A DNA stretch of 63,990 nucleotides, counting the filler, from Basidiobolus ranarum (Eukaryota), in the NCBI GenBank assembly GCA_040143965.1. It is 5 parts of 5 records of this genome, joined end to end, with 100 filler letters (N's around TTAATTAATTAA, not from the genome) between each part and the next. Parts side by side here need not be neighbours in the genome. Positions count along the whole stretch, not along the records: positions 51,441 to 63,990 come from JASJQH010000534.1; 4 more parts are not named here. One strand, given 5' to 3'. Both the position numbers and the translations under genes were made by a program. Under the pieces are notes generated by a model that worked only from the letters and a program-made list of their open reading frames with translations, ran no database searches and was not told the origin of the DNA. Positions 54,683 through 63,990 of the stretch are shown here, piece by piece. Position 1 is the first letter of the stretch, and each line of letters opens with the position of its first letter.

Positions 54683-55935
54683 ATGATCATACAGCTGGGA
54701 AGCTTTGTAGACATTTGCCAAAGAGTGAGCTTATCGCTGTGCCCACTAATTGGTCCAACGATCCATGGTATCGAGCCTACCTGTTATGCAAGAAATATTA
54801 GCTTTGGCGGTTGGATCATTTTTCAACCAGGTAAAGCCATGAATGCGCACCCTAAACGACTGCTGAAAGCTTATCTAACCCTTGCTCTTTATCCCCTTCT
54901 CTAGCTACTATTGCAGTTCACTTTATTGGTTTGGTTATGGCTTGTATTATGATTTATCACATAAAAACCAAATACACGGCAGTTGGTAATTCTCACTCTA
55001 ACGGATCCGGCATCGACTTTTGACTCAAACCTTTGCTGTTATTTTTATAGGAAGGAAGGAGATGGTAATCTTCTTCTACTTGTATTTGGTCACGTTGGTT
55101 GTGGATTCAGTAGTGTCTTCTGGGCTAGTCCCAAGCAACACTACAGCCTATCTGGTTAGTGGAACTCTGAATTGAGAATATTTCGTTATTTGCGTTAATA
55201 CATTTCCTCGCTTAGCACCTCACCTCAAGTCACTTTGCCTTGATATCAGCTGGTATCTGGTGCTTGCTAGGGAATGGATTTGTTGGATTTCAATTTGCAG
55301 AGGATGGTACACCAATGTCAATATGGGTATATCTAACATCTAGTCAAGCGTCTCCCAACATGCCTACTAACGATATTACCATTTGCTAGACGTTACGGCT
55401 AAGTTCCTTAGTAGTCTTTGCCAGCACATATTTCCTATGCTATGGCACTTTCACGAACTTGGTGTCCTTTTTGGATCCAGTCAAGCCTACCTTATTGTGG
55501 GTTGGGTTTTTTGGATTCAACGCTGGAGCATTGATAATATACCTAATCTTGCAAGTCATCCTAATAACCAACACACTAAGCGATCTATGGCCTCTAGGTA
55601 GGAAAGCATCCACCAGCCCAACCTAACCCAACTCAGTACTAACTGACATTTCCTTAGGCGACATCATCATCGGAAGTTTATTCTTCATTGCAGGTCAACT
55701 GGGAATGCTCTTCTCAAGTTCAATATGCACCATAATGAATCATTACCTAGATGGTCAGTTCGTAGCATCCGTCTTCACTCTATTAACAGTCATGATGATT
55801 TATAAATACTGGGATTCTATTACGAAAGAAGACCTGGAATTTCATGTTGGTGGCAAGATTCATCCATGGGAAAGACTATCCAAATCTTCCATCGCACCAC
55901 CCCATCGTATGTCCACTCGAGGCGCGATTCTTTGA
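54683..55935 (+). CDS. CHS7: Chitin synthase export chaperone
   Basis: GSFVDIC...CPLIG...[53 protein letters not shown]. Confidence 0.92.
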
Positions 55936-57623
55936 TGCTTCTGCTTTTGCATCTCTACTTGCACTTGCACATATACCTCCCACATAAATGACAGGAATAA
56001 TAGACATCTATTTAAAATAAATCCATGGTATAGAAACTCTCTTTCATCTATTGTCCACAGATACTGCCAACAGAGACAGGTGTGCATTGGGATAAAGTGT
56101 GATTGTGGCTTTTGAAATACATGCACCCATAAATACCGATGAACCCCTTGATTAATTACCGTCAAGATTGGTTAAATCCAGACCATCTTCGATACTGCAC
56201 TTTTCATCGCAGTGTGTGAACGCACGTTTTACTGCGATCACACCTAGATCTAAATTGTAGAGTGATTCCAACTTTGAATCAATCAATCCTACATAATTGT
56301 CGGATCCCAGCACAAAAGACCAGCAAGGCTGCTTTCGGAAAATGCCAATACCTTACCTGGTCAGAAAACCTATTGTCGGAAGGTGCCCGAGGATGACAGC
56401 TAATGCCCAAAAACGGCTAGAGGTCGACTTGCATGCAGAATACTCTTCATTGTTAAGAAGCAAAGATATTGTAAAACAATAGGAAGACGCGAAAAGCCTA
56501 CCTGGAAAAGAAAGCGTTCGACTCATAGATATGTCCTATAGTACTACTGGTTGCGTATTTTGTGACCATGCTTACTGAATGCTACTGATAGCATACAGTG
56601 AACTTGGGACTATAAAGCCGGCACTCGCCCCATCCTGATTGAGTCTTAACATTAAGCTATTCTATATCTTTCGAGTACAATCGTTGGAATCCAGTAAGAC
56701 GGAACATTCTTCTGGCTCGATCTTCTCTCAACATTTTTAGTTCCTTCTGTAGAACCTTTCTAGCTTGAATTTCCATTTGTTCAACACTGTCATCCTCGCT
56801 TTATCCTCAGATCTTGATATCACTTCCTTCTTATCCGTCGCGCACATAGCATTATCCCCAACATATTACCAAATGAGTTTCGCACGTACCCACAAGGGTA
56901 AAACCACTCTGTCTTCAAATAAGGTAAATGGATTTTCAATGCGAAGAGGGTATCTCGTCTTCTATTACATTGATAGTATATAATCTATCACTTAACTAGA
57001 AACCGGATTTAAAGCCAGTTGCTTACATGACCCCTTTTTTACCTTCAATTCGTGACGTTTAAAGGACGATGCTAGCTTAACCATTGGCTTAACCAGGAAT
57101 ACATCCAATTCACTATGGCTATCTAAGGTAAGAAATATCCCTCCATTTTTTAAGTCAACCTTCAAAAGAACTGTAAAGTGGAGTTGCCCCACACATGTCT
57201 ACAATCCCTTTCGAAACATGACTATCCCTGAGTTACCAGATTCACTCTAGTTTTAGATAGGCATGATTGATTTGATATTAGGTGAAATTTGGGATTTGGT
57301 GTGAGGGGTGCGGTTTAAAGTTGAATTATTATTACATTATTTCACTACATATTTAGAATAGCAACCAAGAGATTTCTCTTGAAAATTTCTTTTAAAATGG
57401 GCGCCATTCCAGTTTGTCTCTTTCCCTTTTCATTGACCCAGCCTATATCTGACTTAAGACACTGATTTATTCTCGATATCTAACCGAATAATTTCCTTAG
57501 GACGAAAGACCAAAGATATCTCGTTGCATAACTGAACCATATTCTACCTCTGAAAACACCCAATGCTTATCGGAGAAAATTCCAGTCCGTTCCAACTCTA
57601 ACCGTAGTAAACGAACTTCGCTT

Positions 57624-59594
57624 ATGAGAACAAGCAATACAGCGAAGACACAGGGGAATTTTAGCAACTCAAGTCAGTATGAGAGCCTTCAACAAGGATT
57701 CCAGTCCTCCTCACTAGGACTTTCATTGAACTATAATGAAGAAGACTCAGCAACTAGTGTTTTCCTGGATAAATTGGATATGAAACTAGAACACAAATCG
57801 AAGAAAGAACGTATCTCTGGGTTGACCAATATCAATACCACGCCTGTGGTTTCGCCTATTCCTACTTCTACTCAGAATCCATCACTGGGAGTAAAAATTG
57901 AGAAATCTATGGAAATTGAGACTTCTAGAGTCTCTTCGTTCTGGAATTTGGTGAAACCAACTGAATATGGTCTCTCTAACGACTTGGATCTACTTACTAG
58001 TATCGCCATTCAAACTTGCGAGGAAGCGGCTGAGTTTGAATTGCTAAAGATGGAAGAATTAGAGAAAGTTAAAGAGGTAAATACTACAAATGCTTACCAT
58101 GATTGTTTCATTTCCAACATATCAACTAATCCTTGACACGAAAAGACAATCCGGGAAATTCAACAAAAGATCGCTTCCCTATCGGACGAATACATCCGAG
58201 AAAAACAAATCCGAGAGGGAATGCTTTCTATGATCTCAATGTTCGCCTTCAACGCAACTGGCATGACCAATGCTACTAAGGAATTCGAATTAACGGATGC
58301 CCGATTAGAAATGACTTCTACGGAAATTCTAACCCTTACCAAGAGGTTGTCTAGATTTCAAGAGAAGCTATGGAAACACACGGCTGCAGCAATACTACTC
58401 CGTGTGAATCAACTAGAGAGTAAATTGAGTGTAAAGAAGCTAGATTCAAAAGAGAATGACCGAGAAAGTGGATCAAAATTATTATTAGACGCGCTAGAGG
58501 CACATGTTCTCTTGTTAGAAAAATCATTGGAAATATTGAAGATTGAATATCTAGAATCACAAGCTGAATTGGATCAAGCTTGGAACATGACGGAAAAAAC
58601 TGAACTCGAGAATCGAGATATGAAGTTGCAATTGAGACAAATCGAAGAAGCCTTGACAGAAATCACTCGTGAACAAGACAGAGAAAGCATCAATAGATGG
58701 TCAGATCTCCTGAAAGGGGAAAAGCTTGTCGATGACACTGACTCTGGAGTAATGATGACCTATAATGGAGAAACCTCACCTACGGAGAGTGAGTTTGACT
58801 CCATAAGCCTACCTGTAGTAGCCATGACCTTCTCTGAGCGCTTAGAGCTGTTACATACCGACCAAAAGGTATACATAAGCTATATTAGCAATTTGGAAGA
58901 TCAGATGGCAGCACTGAAAGAAGAAAAAACCTCGCCACCATTGAAATCACTAAAGAATATGGTGTTTCGCCAATGGGTCAACGACCGAAAACCCAACGAA
59001 TTAATGGAAAATGAAGAGTTCCCCGTTCACTCCATAGAGCCATCATCAAACAATGTTCCCTATTACCAAGAGCCCACGTTACGTCCACCTTCATATTATC
59101 CAGGGATTAATATAACCGACCGTGTACAGAACTCACCCAAACTTAGCATTGATTTAGCAGCGAAATCAAAGTTAAATCTGTTAATTGAAGAAAACGAATT
59201 CCTACGCACTTCAATCTCAGAATTGAAGGAGCGCGAAAACCTTTGGATACGCGAAGAGCTTTTAGACTTATCGGGAGATTTGTTGGCTTCGGTGAACTTG
59301 CTGGAGAAACAAACTGCCGAGATAGAAAAGGAGCTACTCATTGAAGCTTCATATGAGTACTTAATGGGCTCCAAGAGTGACACACAAGAAGATTTGGAGA
59401 TTGACAGTGGAATTGAAAGCGGCTGTGACAGCGGCACGTCTTCACCTAAAACTCCCATGCCTGGACCTTTACCAAATTATGAGTCCTATTTTGAAGTAAC
59501 TCCTCCCCTGGGCTTATTGAATCTTACTTTTGATGAAACGAAGCTGGTAGATTTGGACCACAATTGTACCTTGCTCTCTTCAATCTTTCCCTAG
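57624..59594 (+). CDS. Coiled-coil protein with an Up-regulated-During-Septation (Uds1)-like domain
   Basis: AEFELLKMEELEKVKE|...EKQIREG...KLWKHTAAAIL; one intron at ~58077-58145. Confidence 0.7.
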
Positions 59595-60869
59595 ATCCAG
59601 AAGGTCTGGATAGAGATGTAATAGCCCTGTCACGAACCATGGGTTCATTAGAGCTGTGCTTTAATTATGAATCCCCGCAGTACATAGTTCCCTGCTCTTT
59701 CCCTTCCCTCACCCACTCCTAGAGCCACCATTTTTTATTTTCTTTATATACCCTTTTCTTATTCCTTCTATATATCCATTTCTTATTGGTAACCTAACGA
59801 GAACATGCAAGTTTCGAAATTCGTTACTACCTTTAATTATTTTGAAATATTTCCAAAATCGGGACAAATTTCCGAGAAATTTTTGTCATCCCTTATTTTA
59901 TCTCTTCAAACTAGATGGAATATTTCAAACATTGTATAAAGAATTTTAACTCTACTAGCACCGTCCTCTACATGTTTCATTGTACAAGCACTACAGGAGG
60001 GAAATTAACAGCAGTTTACAATTATGCTTGATGATGGTGTAGAGAGAGAATACATATCATAATTACACCATCATTTTCTCGCAACAAGGGCTGTATACAC
60101 ACATCTACGTATTGACAATAGTAGGAGTGAGCGCAGTTAAAAGCTGGATTCTGAAAAAAAAGAGAGACAGGTATAGTGCAGAGACTTTCCTTTCCGATGG
60201 AATTGACGAATGCAAAGTAGTGTTATCAAATTAGAGAATGCTAAACTCACCAAGATGGATAAAGTGGTTATCACTTGCTTATAATCCCTCTATGATTATT
60301 TTAAAGAAAATTGAATTCAAGCATTCGGTGGATTTCTAACATCTTGCCAGCACAATGTTAGCAGTATATTCAGCTCTCTAATGATCACTTTAATTTGATA
60401 GCTAAGAAGCAATTAAACACTGTTACACCCAAGAGATTGGAAGGACCGATAATGTCGGACTATTATGATTTGTGAGATGATTCATCCCTAAATTCTGAGC
60501 AGGTCCAACTTTGTTGTCAAAGATAAACAAACTTCCTATTCATTACTTATCTACTCATCATGTGATTCTAGAGTTGTGATTATGTACTCGTAATATTAGA
60601 TTACTCCATGGTGATTGGTTACAATACGATATTGCCACTCACATCCAGAATCAGACTGGCCCTAATGTAGCATCACAAGCAACCCTTGCCCCCCATAGGT
60701 TCCAGACAGAGCCCTGTAAGCAGTATTCCTTGGGGAGCAATGATCAAAACAAAGCTATGATACTGTATGAAAAGAGATCTGGTTGGCCAATGGAATTTGT
60801 TTTTGGTCTCTGATTGGCTAGTTCTAAGGATCAACTTCACCCTGAGTTTTTGCCGCACCTATAAGATAG

Positions 60870-60927
60870 GTAAGACTGCCAATGTTTACCTTTGCTAACA
60901 GTTTCTCTTAACTTTTTCTGTTTCCAG
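60870..60927 (+). promoter_or_regulatory. Probable 5'UTR intron of alpha-tubulin
   Basis: GTAAGA donor, GCTAAC branch site and pyrimidine tract ending TTCCAG, 23 nt before the ATG. Confidence 0.65.
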
Positions 60928-60950
60928 CATCCCCCTTTATTCTACTCAAT

Positions 60951-62294
60951 ATGCGTGAAGTTATCTCAGTCCACGTCGGTCAAGCCGGTATCCAAATTGG
61001 TAATGCCTGTTGGGAACTCTACTGCCTTGAACACGGTATCCAACCTGATGGTCAAGTTGCCACCGAAAAGCTCACCACCGATGACTCTTTCTCCACCTTC
61101 TTCTCTGAGACTGGTGCCGGAAAGTACGTTCCTCGTACTGTCTTCGTCGATTTGGAACCTACCGTTATCGATGAAGTCCGTACCGGTACTTACCGTCAAC
61201 TCTTCCACCCTGAACAATTGATCAACGGTAAGGAAGATGCCGCTAACAATTATGCTCGTGGTCACTACACCATTGGTAAGGAGATGGTTGACTCTGTCCT
61301 TGACCGTATCCGCAAGCTTGCCGATAACTGTAACGGACTTCAAGGTTTCCTTGTCTTCCACTCCTTCGGTGGTGGAACCGGTTCCGGTTTCGGTGCTCTT
61401 CTTTTGGAACGTCTCTCCGTTGATTACGGTAAGAAGTCCAAGTTGGAGTTCTCCGTCTACCCCGCTCCCCAAGTCTCTACTGCCGTTGTTGAACCCTACA
61501 ACTCCATCTTGACTACCCATACCACTTTGGAACACACCGATTGTTCTTTCATGGTTGATAACGAAGCCATCTACGATATCTGCAAGCGTAACCTTGACAT
61601 TGAACGTCCTTCCTATGCTAACCTTAATCGTCTCATTGCCCAAGCTGTTTCCTCCATTACCGCTTCTCTTCGTTTCCAAGGTTCTTTGAACGTCGATTTG
61701 AACGAATTCCAAACCAATTTGGTTCCTTATCCTCGTATTCATTTCCCCTTGATTACTTATGCTCCTATCATCTCTGCTGCTAAGGCTTACCATGAGACCC
61801 TCTCCGTTAACGAGATTACCACCGCTTGTTTCGAACCCAACAACCAAATGGTTAAGTGCGATCCTCGTCACGGTAAGTACATGGCCTGTTGTTTGTTGTA
61901 CCGTGGTGATGTCGTTCCTAAGGATGTCAACGCCGCCATCGCTGGTATCAAAACCAAGCGTACCATCCAATTTGTTGACTGGTGCCCTACCGGTTTCAAG
62001 GTTGGTCTCAACAGCCAAGTTCCCGCCGTCGTTCCCGGTGGTGACCTCGCCAAGGTTAACCGTGCCGTGTGCATGTTGAGTAACACCACCTCCATTTCCG
62101 AGGCCTGGGCTCGTCTTGACCATAAGTTCGATCTTATGTACGCCAAGCGTGCCTTCGTTCACTGGTATGTCGGTGAAGGTATGGAAGAAGGTGAATTCTC
62201 TGAGGCTCGTGAAGATCTTGCTGCCCTCGAGAAGGATTACGAAGAAGTTGGTGCTGATTCCATCGAAGATGAGGAAGAAATTGAGGAATATTAA
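60951..62294 (+). CDS. TUB1: Alpha-tubulin (uninterrupted CDS)
   Basis: [21 protein letters not shown]-terminal EEY. Confidence 0.99.
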   Translation: MREVISVHVGQAGIQIGNACWELYCLEHGIQPDGQVATEKLTTDDSFSTFFSETGAGKYVPRTVFVDLEPTVIDEVRTGTYRQLFHPEQLINGKEDAANNYARGHYTIGKEMVDSVLDRIRKLADNCNGLQGFLVFHSFGGGTGSGFGALLLERLSVDYGKKSKLEFSVYPAPQVSTAVVEPYNSILTTHTTLEHTDCSFMVDNEAIYDICKRNLDIERPSYANLNRLIAQAVSSITASLRFQGSLNVDLNEFQTNLVPYPRIHFPLITYAPIISAAKAYHETLSVNEITTACFEPNNQMVKCDPRHGKYMACCLLYRGDVVPKDVNAAIAGIKTKRTIQFVDWCPTGFKVGLNSQVPAVVPGGDLAKVNRAVCMLSNTTSISEAWARLDHKFDLMYAKRAFVHWYVGEGMEEGEFSEAREDLAALEKDYEEVGADSIEDEEEIEEY

Positions 62295-62741
62295 ATTTCC
62301 CGTTTTTCATTAACATCATTTGTCCCCCCCTCATAATGAATGTTACTGTACCATTTTTAATATGTAATATTTAATTCATATAAAAAACAAAAAAAAACCC
62401 CCCGAAAACTTAAAATTTCCATTTTTTCGTGTTAGTGTAATGGTGAATGTGTAAGATTAGTTGGGCAGTTTCTTTAAACATGAACGAGGTAAGAGAAATG
62501 GTTCATGAATGTTTCCAGTACAGAGGCAATGGTTGCTGTTCAATTTCTCATACCATTTTCAGTTCAATTTTCACTTAATTGAATAAATGGGAATTATAAA
62601 TAAATATTGTTTTTGATTGAGTATTTCAAAGTAGAAAGTTTCATCATTAGAATTTGTTAGTAAATTTTTCTTCCTATATTTTAGTATATTTCTATTTCCA
62701 CAGGTTTCGTTTACTTGTGAATTTAGAGTATTTTTAACACC

Positions 62742-63791
62742 ATGGAAGAACAAGGAAGAAATGATAACCAAACTCCAGAGGAAGTAGAGGAGGAATTTTC
62801 CGGTTAGCTATTCACTTTTACTTGTTTAACTCACTAAAAGAGGGTGGAGGGTTTTTTTTCGTGACAAATTTACTCAAACGTTTACACTTTAAAGAGTCTA
62901 GTTCCACTCACGACTCAGAAGAGATGTTATCTTGGATCTCGTGGTATTGCTCACTAGTTGGCAACGATTTTTTTTGTGAAATAGCCGAGGAGTTTATTGA
63001 AGACGATTTTAATCTGACTGGTATCAAGCCTTTGGTTCCTTTATATTCTGAAGCGATGGAAATGATCCTTGATATTGAACCAGGTTTATACTTTATTATT
63101 TTACATATAACCGTGTCAATCAGGTAACTGAAAACGAAAATTTTTACTTAGAATCGGAAGAATCCGATAAAGGTGAAGGCATTGTTGAGTCTTCGGCTGA
63201 GCGACTCTATGGTCTGATCCATCAAAGATTTATTCTTACGCGTCAAGGAATGAATCAAATGGTATGTTGCTTACTCTCTACACTTACTTACAACTTGTAA
63301 TAACTCTGACACCTTCATTTTTAGGTTGAAAAATATGAGAGAGCAGACTTCGGATTATGCCCTAGATATTATTGTAATGGTATGCCAGTTCTACCAGTCG
63401 GTCGTTCAGATAACTTGGGTATGGAGACGGTAAAGCTTTATTGCCCTAGTTGTGCCGATATTTATGCACCCGCTGACCCTAAATATCATCATATTGATGG
63501 TAAGTTAATTATCACTTTTTCTCTCCTTTTTCAAAGGATGTCTCATTTTTGTTATGAAATTTAGGGGCTTTCTTTGGTACAACCTTCGCTCACTTGTTCC
63601 TTCAGTTGATGTACCCTGATGTTTATCAAAGATACACTACTACCACGTATCAACCTAAGATTTTTGGCTTCAAGATTAACGAGAAGAGTAAGTCTGGCTT
63701 ACACGTGAGTTGGCTTCGTTCTCATCCCAATCAACAACGTCATGCCAATAATCAAAGCAAAGGTAATTCAAGTTTATACCGGTCATACTAA
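62742..63791 (+). CDS. CKB1: Casein kinase II regulatory beta subunit
   Basis: SWISWYC...FFCEIAEEFIEDDFNLTG, LYGLIHQRFILT, FGLCPRYYC, VKLYCPSC, IDGAFFGTTF, PKIFGFKI. Confidence 0.93.
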
Positions 63792-63990
63792 ATATGTTTA
63801 TGAGACCTAACTTAATATTCACTGTTCCACTCATCCTAACCATTTAAGTGTTATTGAAGCTGAATTTGCTATTCCATTTTTTTATCTTATTTTACCTGTT
63901 GTAGCTGTATATATATACCATTAATAGCGGCTTGAAATACGATGGGACATGTTGGAAAGATAATTTATTATTTCTTTTTGATGGTGAAAG

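Noticed and set aside
60966-62162. 398-aa antisense ORF over alpha-tubulin
   Set aside because: Expected shadow of strong codon bias (few TTA/CTA/TCA codons); no independent features.

Overview
AT-rich eukaryotic DNA with short GT-AG introns. The gene content points to an early-diverging fungus; Zoopagomycota/Basidiobolus-like is an inference only. The window is five unlinked contigs of about 12.75 kb (1-12777, 12878-25640, 25741-38493, 38594-51340, 51441-63990) joined by artificial 100-nt N44-TTAATTAATTAA-N44 linkers. Contig 1 is almost entirely a nested repeat array on the minus strand. It holds a family of 3-exon, ~200-aa four-transmembrane genes with coiled-coil tails (two clearly intact, one possibly intact, one frameshifted, one reduced to an expanded coiled-coil-only ORF), set among many decayed copies of a ~250-bp TM-hairpin-coding module. 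Contig 2 is an accessory region with CpG-depleted retroelement debris, an intronless Bacillales-type serine beta-lactamase/SLH gene (HGT candidate), an intron-containing MFS transporter and a catalase fragment. Contigs 3-5 are housekeeping DNA: APC11, CARM1, COQ1, PHO13, CSN6, an AAA ATPase, uL15, RPF2, MTD1, DML1/Misato, a Myb/SANT-like gene, a C1orf74-like gene, uL24m, bL21m, ARF1, an M14 carboxypeptidase, CHS7, a Uds1-domain gene, alpha-tubulin and CK2-beta. Main findings: the 4-TM gene/cassette array, a probable single-nucleotide exon in APC11, and the bacterial beta-lactamase-SLH gene. All gene models and family calls are from manual reading, with no database searches.
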